A DNA stretch of 32,000 bases from an uncultured archaeon (GCA_964589775.1 CAZPUN010000023.1:30001-62000), one strand, 5' to 3'. Shown: positions 1 through 8,456, counted from the stretch's first letter. Notes: generated by a model not told the origin, from the sequence alone. Made by a program: numbers and translations.

Positions 1-2
1 TC

Positions 3-551
3 GTCGGCAGTCTAAATATATCCACAATTATCACGTATCAACTAACTCACGGCTTACCATTTATTGCAATATTTCCAATAATGTTTGGATTTATAATTTA
101 TGTCATCGCATTAGAAGCAGAACTAGAACGAGTGCCATTCGATGTTTCACATGCTGAAACTGAAATTGTTGCAGGTTGGAAAGTAGAATATTCTGGTAAA
201 AAACTGGCATTGCTCTCGATGGTTTCAGATCTCGAACTAGTGTTTGGCGCAGGTATTGCAACAGCTATATTCTTAGGCGGCCCCTTCTTGTTTGAATTTA
301 TTCCACTTGATTGGGCTCAGTCTATTGCTACTCTTGCGGCTACCACATACTTTGGATTACTGTATTATCCTCTAGTATTCCTGTTCAAGTCTTTCTTGAT
401 AATATTAATACTAAGCTTGTTTAGAGCTCTAATGGCTCGTCTAAGAATTGACCAAATTATAAATGCGTCATGGAAAATTTTACTTCCTCTGGCAATTTTG
501 GTGCTATTACTAGTACATTTGCCGAGTGTATTAGCATTATGGGGGCTATAA
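3..551 (+). CDS. nuoH: Complex I-like / membrane-bound oxidoreductase subunit H (NuoH family), 5' partial
   Basis: Frame is open from position 3 (VGSLNISTII...). Contains the ERVPFDVSHAETEIVAGWKVEYSG signature, ARLRIDQ near the C-terminus and several TM helices. Confidence 0.9.
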   Translation, partial: VGSLNISTIITYQLTHGLPFIAIFPIMFGFIIYVIALEAELERVPFDVSHAETEIVAGWKVEYSGKKLALLSMVSDLELVFGAGIATAIFLGGPFLFEFIPLDWAQSIATLAATTYFGLLYYPLVFLFKSFLIILILSLFRALMARLRIDQIINASWKILLPLAILVLLLVHLPSVLALWGL

Positions 552-552
552 T

Positions 553-921
553 ATGTGTCCAGTTCCTGGTAAGATGATTGGTGAATTGCTAAGGCATGCT
601 TTCAAGAAGAGCGCAACAACTTCATATCCTTTGTCAAAGGATGAAGTCAATATTCCCCAAGATTTACGTGGCAAATGGGAATTGTATTTGGACAAATGTA
701 TTGGATGTAGTCTGTGTGAGCGCGTATGTCCATCATTTGCCATAGTCATGGTTGAATGCCGTGAGGGTGAAACTACAAAGACAGGAAAGCGTCCAATTTG
801 CCACATTGATAAATGTGTATTTTGCGCTCAATGTGAAGAGACATGTCCAACAAAAGCAATAAAATTAACACAAAACTTTGAGCTCGCGTTATTCAATCGT
901 GAGAATGGCGTAATTGAGTAA
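553..921 (+). CDS. nuoI: NuoI-like 2x[4Fe-4S] ferredoxin subunit
   Basis: CIGCSLCERVCP and CVFCAQCEETCP motifs, with T..YP...P..LRG upstream; directly follows the H subunit. Confidence 0.88.
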   Translation: MCPVPGKMIGELLRHAFKKSATTSYPLSKDEVNIPQDLRGKWELYLDKCIGCSLCERVCPSFAIVMVECREGETTKTGKRPICHIDKCVFCAQCEETCPTKAIKLTQNFELALFNRENGVIE

Positions 922-925
922 TAAT

Positions 926-955
926 CTTCTTTTTATTCTTTTTTTACATTTTTTA
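926..955 (+). terminator. Oligo-T archaeal terminator after the nuoI-like gene
   Basis: CTTCTTTTTATTCTTTTTTTACATTTTTT begins a few nt after the stop codon. Confidence 0.5.
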
Positions 956-1112
956 AAAATATCTGTTATTTTTATTTCAAATTTTGTAGATTATTCATTC
1001 TTTTTACACGCGCTGTTTATATAGGTGTATTTCTCTAAATAAATAAAAAGACTTTAATTGTACCTATGCTCATTAAAATCAAAATTACTAATAATGATGA
1101 AGGTATGTGACT

Positions 1113-1871
1113 ATGGGTAAGGTTTGGAACTATATCACGGAAAAGCTCGAAAAAGACAAAGTATTACACTTTACATTATTAGATCCGGATCCTCTAGATA
1201 GATCAATTGAAGATACAGTAAAAATGGCAGTACTTGCAGAAAAAGCCGGTACTGATGCGATCATGATCGGTGGTAGTACAGCTTTTGGTATAATTAATCA
1301 GTCAGTTAAAGCAATAACTGAATCTGTAGATGTTCCGACCATATTGTTTCCTGGAAATATAACTGGAATATCTCCTTATGCTGATGCGATTTTCTTTATG
1401 AGCTTATTGAATTCATCAAATCCATATTGGATCATCGGTGCCCAAGCATTAGCTTCGGTTCCTGTAAAGCAGTCCGGTATTGAGCCTATATCACTTGCAT
1501 ACTTACTTATTGAACCCGGAAAAACCGCAGGATGGGTTGGAGAAGCTCGTCTGTTTCCACGCGATAAACCTAAACTTGTATTAGCATATTCATTGGCTGC
1601 AGAATTACTTGGTTTTAAGATGGTTTATCTTGAAGCTGGAAGTGGCTCGGATATAGGTGGTGTTCCTCCTGCAATCATAAAGGCGGTTTCATCGTATACC
1701 TCAATCCCTATAGTTGTAGGTGGTGGCTTAACTACAAAAGAAGATTTGATCACTGCAGCCAAGAGTGGCGCAAGTATTGTTGTGCAAGGAACCTTTGTTG
1801 AGCGGACTGTACTAAAAGATGGCGGAAAGGCGCTAAAAGAGCAAATTTCTGCACTAAAGAGTTCAATTTAA
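1113..1871 (+). CDS. Geranylgeranylglyceryl phosphate (GGGP) synthase
   Basis: HFTLLDPD, GTDAIMIGGS, ILFPG, YLEAGSG and VGGG motifs. Start is ATG 1113 or GTG 1107. Confidence 0.93.
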   Translation: MGKVWNYITEKLEKDKVLHFTLLDPDPLDRSIEDTVKMAVLAEKAGTDAIMIGGSTAFGIINQSVKAITESVDVPTILFPGNITGISPYADAIFFMSLLNSSNPYWIIGAQALASVPVKQSGIEPISLAYLLIEPGKTAGWVGEARLFPRDKPKLVLAYSLAAELLGFKMVYLEAGSGSDIGGVPPAIIKAVSSYTSIPIVVGGGLTTKEDLITAAKSGASIVVQGTFVERTVLKDGGKALKEQISALKSSI

Positions 1872-1946
1872 ATCATAGAATGTAATGAAAAAATTAAATA
1901 GGTGTTATGCACTAAATTACTTTAATAATAAACTGGTGATTGGCTA

Positions 1947-2324
1947 TTGTCAACGAGAAATGAAATACTCTTAAATATACTCAAGGAACTTGAAAAAAGC
2001 TCACGTGGTCAAGTTGAAGCAAGTGCTATTATATCCACACAAGGACTTCCTATTAGTTCTGCAAATCTAGATAATGTAGATGAAGGTGTAGTTGCAGCTA
2101 TGGCTGCTGCAATTCTTGCAGTATCAGAGCGCGCTACAGCAGAGTTAAATCGCGGGCAGTTCAATAGAGTCCTTGTAGAAGGCGAGAATGGTTACATAAT
2201 TATTGCTGGTGCGGGTTCTGAAGCAATTCTTGTAGTTTTGGCAAATAAAAAAGCCAATCTCGGATATATCTTCTTAATTATGACTCGATTAAGTACCGAA
2301 ATTGAAAAAACCTTAAGAGAATAA
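1947..2324 (+). CDS. Roadblock/LC7 (MglB/Ragulator-like) domain protein
   Basis: ASAIISTQGLPISS, VAAMAAAILAVSERATAEL, VLVEGENGYII and ANLGYIF match the roadblock pattern; GGTGA SD before a TTG start. Confidence 0.9.
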   Translation: MSTRNEILLNILKELEKSSRGQVEASAIISTQGLPISSANLDNVDEGVVAAMAAAILAVSERATAELNRGQFNRVLVEGENGYIIIAGAGSEAILVVLANKKANLGYIFLIMTRLSTEIEKTLRE

Positions 2325-2384
2325 CTTTTAAGAGGTATTTGGAACAATTAATAATAAAAAGTTAGTAAAGGAGCAATATGCTGA

Positions 2385-2702
2385 GTGACAGATGACGAAA
2401 TTTGTCCGGTTTGTGGATTACCCAAAGATCTCTGCGTATGTGGCGAGATCTCAAAGGGTGAGCAGAAGATCAAAGTTTTTGTTGAGAAGCGTAAATGGGG
2501 TAGACTCATGACCATCGTTGATGGGGTCGATGAAAAAGAAGTTGACCTCAATGCATTAGCTACTCGTTTGAAGACAAAGTGTGCATGTGGTGGTACTGCA
2601 AAAGATGGTCATATTGAATTACAAGGCGATCATCGTGATAAATTAAAGGGAATTCTAGTTCAAGAAGGATTTCCCGAGGAAAATATTGATATTATATGGT
2701 AA
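2385..2702 (+). CDS. Translation initiation factor aIF1 (SUI1/eIF1)
   Basis: [14 protein letters not shown]-terminus, [10 protein letters not shown] and IELQGDHR. Confidence 0.96.
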   Translation: MTDDEICPVCGLPKDLCVCGEISKGEQKIKVFVEKRKWGRLMTIVDGVDEKEVDLNALATRLKTKCACGGTAKDGHIELQGDHRDKLKGILVQEGFPEENIDIIW

Positions 2703-2711
2703 AATTAGTTT

Positions 2712-2729
2712 TGGAGCATATATGCTCCA
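2712..2729. terminator. Perfect 18-bp palindrome between the convergent aIF1 and map genes; possible bidirectional terminator
   Basis: TGGAGCATATATGCTCCA is its own reverse complement and is followed by TTTCCTTT on the + strand. Confidence 0.5.
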
Positions 2730-2741
2730 TTTCCTTTACCT

Positions 2742-3689
2742 TTACATTGTTGTTGGGCGTGCCCCACCGCTCTCAATAATAACTGTATGCTCACTTTGAG
2801 TTACAATGCTATTCTTTTTGTCTGCTAAGACTGGATAACTGTGTAATGCGCCTGTTTGTTGTAATTCTCTTATTGCCAGATGCATTGAGGCCTTTTTCAT
2901 TCTTTTTGCAACCCAACGTTCTGCAAATGGTAGTGTACTATATTCTTTTCTTGCAAATCCCAAAAATTGTCTAGTTCCCTTGAAACGAACTGGGACTCTT
3001 ATTGGTAATAGCATAAATATATATGTCTGTGGTAAGTCATGTACTGAGCCCGAACCATTTGTAGCAAAGGTTTCCACCGCGTATGCTTCGCCTTCTTCCA
3101 CCACATCATCTTTTTCAACACCAATCAAAGGTATTGATTTTTCTCCATGGAGCTCATATTCTCCTAATTGATGTCCTGATAGGTTTTTAATTGGCAGGAA
3201 CCCAAAAGATTTGATTGTATCTTCGATAGATGCACCTATTTTTCCAAGATTTGCTCCTGGCTTTAATAGATCTATGGCTGTTTTTGTAGCTTCGATTGAT
3301 GCTTTTACTAAGCTATCATATTCCGGATTTAAACTGATAGTAATCGCAGTATCAGCTATGTATCCATCTATATGAACTCCAACATCTACTTTTACAACGT
3401 CTCCATCTTTAATTACTGTTTTATCATCTAGTGGTGGAGAATAATGTGCTGCGTGATTGTTAATTGAAATATTTGCAGGAAATGCCCATTTTCCACCTTT
3501 ATCTAAAATGAATTGTTCTAATTGTTCGGCAATATCAACGACTTTCGCTTCTGGTTTTACTAATGTTTTTGCAAGTTCTAATGTTTCTTTTGCTATTTTT
3601 CCAGCTCGAATATATTTCTCTAATGGTGTTTCTTCTTTTTCTTCATTCTCTTCTTTTTCTTCGATTTGTTGCTTTTCTTCTTCGCTCAT
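2742..3689 (-). CDS. map: Methionine aminopeptidase type II
   Basis: AFPANIS, AAHYSP, KVDVGVHIDGYIADTA, NLSGH, AVETFAT and QSEHT motifs, plus the type II insertion (YSTLPFAERW). Confidence 0.96.
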   Translation of the reverse strand: MSEEEKQQIEEKEENEEKEETPLEKYIRAGKIAKETLELAKTLVKPEAKVVDIAEQLEQFILDKGGKWAFPANISINNHAAHYSPPLDDKTVIKDGDVVKVDVGVHIDGYIADTAITISLNPEYDSLVKASIEATKTAIDLLKPGANLGKIGASIEDTIKSFGFLPIKNLSGHQLGEYELHGEKSIPLIGVEKDDVVEEGEAYAVETFATNGSGSVHDLPQTYIFMLLPIRVPVRFKGTRQFLGFARKEYSTLPFAERWVAKRMKKASMHLAIRELQQTGALHSYPVLADKKNSIVTQSEHTVIIESGGARPTTM

Positions 3690-3799
3690 ATTTATTACCT
3701 ACCTACTTTACTAAATATGTTCTCAACGCAAATCATATTTATATTATATGTTATTTACTCTTTAATCGTATTTAACAATGATTCTGGTATTGATGTAAT

Positions 3800-5386
3800 A
3801 TGCAAAAAGTCGATGTTCTAATAGTTGACGCATTGGGCACTGGTTCAGGGCGGCGTCGCTTTTCTAGAAATTCTATTGGTTCTGGTCCTCGTGCCATTGC
3901 GGGTGTTTTAGAACGACTTGATTATACAGTTAAAATAATGACTGGCGAATTTGCGCTATTACACCCTCGAAAATTGTTTTCTGCAACAAATTTAGCGATT
4001 AGCGGTATGACTATGGATATGCCTGCAATTTTCAAGATAGTAAAAAAATGGTACAAGCGTAGGGATCGTCGAGTCTTAATAGGCGGACCAGTTACAAGTG
4101 ATCCCTCACATATTTTGTCTAAAGATAAAAGATCTATTTTAGTAATTGGTGAAGGCGAACGGACCGTATTTGAATTAGCAAAATCTGGATTTTTCGAGGG
4201 CAAACGATTAGATCTCTATAATCAAAAAGGAATTGCATTTTTTGATAATAAAGTGATAGAAACACAATCTCAAGAACTATTATCACAAGATGAATATGAT
4301 AATTTTATACCCAGTACACAGCGTATTGTCGATTATCCTTATTATCGTGCGAGTAAAATTTATGTTAATGTACTACGTGGTTGTAGCAATTTTTATCGAA
4401 CAACACTAACTCTTGCTAATGGAAAGAAATGTATTGATTGTAAATTATGCTTTTCTGGACCTTTAGAATTACGTATGAAATGCCCGGTTGATATTCCTCC
4501 CGGTTGTGGTTTTTGTAGTGTTCCGAATGTTTGGGGCGCTCCTAGAAGTCGATCTAAATGGTCGATAATTAAGGAAATCGAAGAACTTGTAGAATTGGGT
4601 GTTTCACGAATATTACTTGAAGCTCCTGACTTTTTGGATTGGCAAAGACTTCATGGGAGACCTATGACTGATCCATGTGAACCAAAGGCAAATGTGGAGG
4701 CTATTGAGGACCTTTTAATTGAAATTACAAATATTATAAAATCAAAAGGGAAGCAAACTGACGTAACAATTGAGAATATTAAGGCATGTCTCCTCGACGA
4801 AGAAGTCGCAAAAGTTATTGCAAAATATCTTCCTAATTCATCTTTAAATATTGGATGTGAGACTGGAGACACTTCTCACTATCTATCGATAGGTAAACCT
4901 GGTTCGCCACAAGTTGTTTTAAATGCTGTGCGTACTGCAGTATCATATGGCTTATCTCCTTTTGTTTATTTCATACACGGGCTTCCTGGTCAAACAAAAA
5001 AGACAGTTCTTAAAACTGAACAATTTATGTGGAAAATCTATAATATGGGCGCATCTCGTATAATTCTTTATGGATTTCGCTCATTGCCTCGTAGTGCATT
5101 TTATGGAATGCCCGAGGAATCTTCCAATTTATCTTCTGAAAGTATGATATTAGTTCGTGCTGCTGAAAAAATCAATGCAGAAATTAAGAAAAAATACATT
5201 GGAAAAATTATTGATGTTGTAGCTGCAGAACCTTTAAAGAATCCCCGTGGTTATACTATTACATATCCAATCGGGCCTGAGCCTGTAGTTTCTGTAAAAG
5301 GAGATTTTTCTTCCGGAACTTTTTTGAGAGTAAAGATCATACGTGTTATTTCCGACCGATTATTGGAAGGACGTGTTGTCCAATGA
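3800..5386 (+). CDS. Radical SAM protein with N-terminal B12-binding-like domain, Cys-rich insertion and C-terminal TRAM domain
   Basis: VLIGGP and VIGEGE N-terminal motifs; RGC...PPGCGFC; IGCETG; FIHGLPGQT; C-terminal TRAM-like YIGKIIDV...VKIIRVISDRLLEGRV. Confidence 0.85.
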   Translation: MQKVDVLIVDALGTGSGRRRFSRNSIGSGPRAIAGVLERLDYTVKIMTGEFALLHPRKLFSATNLAISGMTMDMPAIFKIVKKWYKRRDRRVLIGGPVTSDPSHILSKDKRSILVIGEGERTVFELAKSGFFEGKRLDLYNQKGIAFFDNKVIETQSQELLSQDEYDNFIPSTQRIVDYPYYRASKIYVNVLRGCSNFYRTTLTLANGKKCIDCKLCFSGPLELRMKCPVDIPPGCGFCSVPNVWGAPRSRSKWSIIKEIEELVELGVSRILLEAPDFLDWQRLHGRPMTDPCEPKANVEAIEDLLIEITNIIKSKGKQTDVTIENIKACLLDEEVAKVIAKYLPNSSLNIGCETGDTSHYLSIGKPGSPQVVLNAVRTAVSYGLSPFVYFIHGLPGQTKKTVLKTEQFMWKIYNMGASRIILYGFRSLPRSAFYGMPEESSNLSSESMILVRAAEKINAEIKKKYIGKIIDVVAAEPLKNPRGYTITYPIGPEPVVSVKGDFSSGTFLRVKIIRVISDRLLEGRVVQ

Positions 5387-5460
5387 ATGAATACATTCAA
5401 ACCATAAACTTCAAAAGAAAAAAATATTTTTATTCTAACAATATAAAGAGGTGATTTTGT

Positions 5461-5604
5461 TTGCCCTATATTTGTATGAAATGTAAACAAGAAGTCTCTA
5501 TTGAAGATCTTGGGCAATTACCCGGTGTCAAGTGTCCCCACTGTGGTGAGCGAATCCTTTACAAAACTCGTCCGCCAGTAGTTAAACCGGTGAAGGCAAT
5601 TTAA
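5461..5604 (+). CDS. rpoP: DNA-directed RNA polymerase subunit Rpo12 (RpoP), 47 aa; not in the ORF track
   Basis: Hand translation gives MPYICMKCKQEVSIEDLGQLPGVKCPHCGERILYKTRPPVVKPVKAI, with two CxxC pairs and RILYK.R; GAGGTG SD before a TTG start. Confidence 0.93.
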   Translation: MPYICMKCKQEVSIEDLGQLPGVKCPHCGERILYKTRPPVVKPVKAI

Positions 5605-5608
5605 GCCT

Positions 5609-5710
5609 TCAATCCGGATAGAATAGGAACCAAACGCCAGCTATTATCGAGACTATGAAAAGCATTAACAAGCCAATAGTCATTAATTTTCGCTTCATAT
5701 CTCTTTTCAT
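5609..5710 (-). CDS. Putative 33-aa single-TM microprotein
   Basis: Hand translation gives MKRDMKRKLMTIGLLMLFIVSIIAGVWFLFYPD: basic N-terminus followed by about 22 hydrophobic residues. It fills the gap between the Get3-like gene and rpoP. Confidence 0.5.
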   Translation of the reverse strand: MKRDMKRKLMTIGLLMLFIVSIIAGVWFLFYPD

Positions 5711-5753
5711 TTTTCATCATCATTTTATTTTATTATAGTCCATTAATAAACTA

Positions 5754-6713
5754 CTACATATTTTCACCCATAAGTATTTTTGCGACCTCTCTCAGTTTAT
5801 CTAATCCTCTCACTTCTTCTGGAAATAATGGCACTTGAATTATCTCGAAATCACTATATAATTCCAATATGTCCTTTAGGTTTCTCTGCTGCATATTATA
5901 TCGTGCGGTACAAAATGGGCATGATGGATTTTCTGGGTATACCATATTTATTACAATGTGATTTGCTGGAATCATGTATTCATTTAGTGCAGAAATGAGG
6001 CGATCTGTTTCAAAAACAGACATTGCTTCCGGAATCATCACTATTACAAATGATGTTGTTTTTGGGTCTGTTAGTTCCGCACGTGCAATTGTAATTCGTC
6101 GTTTCATTTCTTGAAGCATTTCTAATGAATTATCTTCTTGGTCATCATACGAACCGAACATTCGCTTGATTGCTGAAAATGCGGATGAAAGTCTCATTCT
6201 AAATGTAATTAATTTTCCAACCCAACTATCTAACATCTCGGGTAATGAGAGCAATCTCAATGTATGGCCCGTAGGTGCGGTATCAAAAACAATTCTATCA
6301 AATTGTGGATTTTCTATGAATTCTAGAACTTTTGCAAAAGCCATAGCTTCATCAGAGCCCGGTGGGGTTAATGATGTTAAATCTTCAAAACCTGGAAGTT
6401 GAATTTGATTATCCATTTGCATTGAAAGATAACTTCGAGTTTCCTCTAATGCTTTTTCTGTATTTAATTCAAGTCCATATAGATTTGGTACTCCTTCTAC
6501 CGGAATTATTTCGCCACCGGACAAATCTTGATCTAAGCTATCACTTAAGCTATGTGCCGGATCTGTACTAAGGACTAAAGTCCTAAATCCTAATTCTGCG
6601 GATCGTATCGCAATTGCTGATGCCGTGGATGTTTTTCCAACGCCGCCTTTACCACCTGCGAAAATAAATCGAATATTTTCATTTGTTATAATGTCTGCTA
6701 AAGTCATCATCAT
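5754..6713 (-). CDS. Get3/TRC40/ArsA-family ATPase (single domain, Get3-like)
   Basis: GKGGVGKT P-loop, STDPAHSLSD, FDTAPTGHTLRLL and C-terminal CPFC (CxxC); one ATPase domain only. Confidence 0.93.
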   Translation of the reverse strand: MMMTLADIITNENIRFIFAGGKGGVGKTSTASAIAIRSAELGFRTLVLSTDPAHSLSDSLDQDLSGGEIIPVEGVPNLYGLELNTEKALEETRSYLSMQMDNQIQLPGFEDLTSLTPPGSDEAMAFAKVLEFIENPQFDRIVFDTAPTGHTLRLLSLPEMLDSWVGKLITFRMRLSSAFSAIKRMFGSYDDQEDNSLEMLQEMKRRITIARAELTDPKTTSFVIVMIPEAMSVFETDRLISALNEYMIPANHIVINMVYPENPSCPFCTARYNMQQRNLKDILELYSDFEIIQVPLFPEEVRGLDKLREVAKILMGENM

Positions 6714-7645
6714 TCGCCTCGTATCATTTCGATTATTTTTTGATATGCAATAACTTTTTCTTTATGTCTTCCAATTGGCGAAGTGCTTTTGAACTGTTCA
6801 AAAATTTCATTAGACACACTAACTTCTCTTATAATGCCTTCACCTAAAATCACTTGTTGTGTTTCCTTTTCTAATTTTGTAAAATATCTTTCGATGTTCT
6901 CGCGTCTTATTCTATCATGTAAATCTGGAGAACTTAGCAAATCTAATGATGCCCAATTTGCAACGATTAATATATCTGCATCTGTAATATAATCGTTAGT
7001 CTCCTGAATAAAGCCACCATTTCGTTTTGCAATATCTTTTGCAGCATGCTTTAATTTTCGTTCAATTCTAAATTGTTTTGGAGACGAAATTGTCAATTGA
7101 GCACCTAAATGTGCTAATGCTAAAACATAACTATGTACAAATCCAATTTCATTATGTGTTCCAAATACCCATGTTAATGCAACAGTCTTATTCTCTAGAT
7201 CTATGTTTTGTGTAATATATCTGGCCAGAGATATTCCTTCGGATGGTTTGACCGAATCAGAACCCATATTTATAATTGGGCAGTCTATTATCTTTGACAT
7301 TGCACGTATAGTATTGTATCCTGACCCTCGTGCAGTTCCTATTTGTGGATAATATATTGACAGAATATCTGTTGATATTTCATATGCTTTTATAATGTCT
7401 ATAAATGATTCAACAGGTCCGCGTGGTATCAATTTCAAATCAATGTCTGTGTTCTGAATGTTTTTCAAAAATAATGCTCTATGTAATGCGATTTTTTCAA
7501 TTCCTGCAAGATATGAGTCCTTAGGTGTAATTGTGATGTTTTGGGCGTTTTCTTTCTCCTTGATGGGCGCTTTTAATAAATTCATAAACTCATCTGTTGA
7601 TATATCCATAAGCGAAATTAGATTTGTCATGTCTTTTTGCCTCAT
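6710..7645 (-). CDS. Ornithine/N-acetylornithine carbamoyltransferase-fold protein with degenerate active site
   Basis: NLISLMDIS, PIINM, TVALTW, LGAQLTISSP, DADILIVANW and REVSVSNEIF follow the transcarbamylase scaffold, but STRT, HPxQ and HCLP are absent. Confidence 0.7.
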   Translation of the reverse strand: MRQKDMTNLISLMDISTDEFMNLLKAPIKEKENAQNITITPKDSYLAGIEKIALHRALFLKNIQNTDIDLKLIPRGPVESFIDIIKAYEISTDILSIYYPQIGTARGSGYNTIRAMSKIIDCPIINMGSDSVKPSEGISLARYITQNIDLENKTVALTWVFGTHNEIGFVHSYVLALAHLGAQLTISSPKQFRIERKLKHAAKDIAKRNGGFIQETNDYITDADILIVANWASLDLLSSPDLHDRIRRENIERYFTKLEKETQQVILGEGIIREVSVSNEIFEQFKSTSPIGRHKEKVIAYQKIIEMIRGE

Positions 7646-7694
7646 ATATCACTCATTACTAGAACTTAATAAAGCATTATGATTTATTCCTTTT

Positions 7695-8456
7695 GTGGTG
7701 GCAAGTTTGAGTACGACCGCAATAGAAACTGAAAATCTAACTAAAATTTTTCGCAAAGGAAAGAAGAATGAGACTATTGCCATTCAAGATATTAATTTGA
7801 AGATAGCTGCGGGTCAAGTCTTTGGTCTATTAGGTCCTAATGGGGCAGGGAAAACCACATTAATTCGAGTCTTAACTGGATTATTGAAACCAACATCGGG
7901 TAGTGCAAAAGTTTTGGGTTATGACATCTTATATGAAATTGAAAAAATTCGGCCTCGAATTGCATTACTGCCCCAAGAATCTGGAGTATACGAATATCTT
8001 ACTGCACGTGAGAATTTAATTTATTTTGGTGGTCTTTATGGAATACCTACTGACGTACTTGAAGAAAGAGCTGATAAATTATTAAAGCAAGTAGGTTTAG
8101 AGGATCGGGCTGATGATATTACAAAATCATTTTCTGGAGGCATGAAGCGAAAAGTATTAGTGGCTCGTGCATTAATTACAGATCCTGATATTATTTTTCT
8201 TGATGAGCCCACGACTGGTATAGACACCATTGGTGCTAAGACAATTCGAGAATTATTAAAAGAACTTAGTGCAAATCATAATCGTACTATAATTTTGACA
8301 ACTCATGATCTACATGAAGTTTCTGAATTATGTCGTGAAGTGGCAATTTTGAATAAAGGACGTATTGTTGGAATTGGGACACCTGATGACCTGGAAGAGC
8401 AATTTAAAGCTAAAAATCTAGAGGAAGTTTTTGTATCTCTTGTGAGAGGTGAATGA
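7695..8456 (+). CDS. ABC transporter ATP-binding protein (ABC-2/multidrug type)
   Basis: GPNGAGKT, FSGGMKRK, IIFLDEPT and TTH motifs. Real start may be TTG 7707. Confidence 0.95.
   Translation: MVASLSTTAIETENLTKIFRKGKKNETIAIQDINLKIAAGQVFGLLGPNGAGKTTLIRVLTGLLKPTSGSAKVLGYDILYEIEKIRPRIALLPQESGVYEYLTARENLIYFGGLYGIPTDVLEERADKLLKQVGLEDRADDITKSFSGGMKRKVLVARALITDPDIIFLDEPTTGIDTIGAKTIRELLKELSANHNRTIILTTHDLHEVSELCREVAILNKGRIVGIGTPDDLEEQFKAKNLEEVFVSLVRGE

Noticed and set aside
5601-5723. Alternative 40-aa minus-strand ORF (MMMKNEKRYEAK...GLKA)
   Set aside because: It overlaps the 33-aa TM ORF in another frame and shows no recognisable pattern. The TM frame is more protein-like, though this one is not formally excluded.
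5754-6713. Arsenite-resistance ArsA
   Set aside because: Single domain, no metalloid-binding Cys set, and no arsB/acr3/arsD/arsR nearby.
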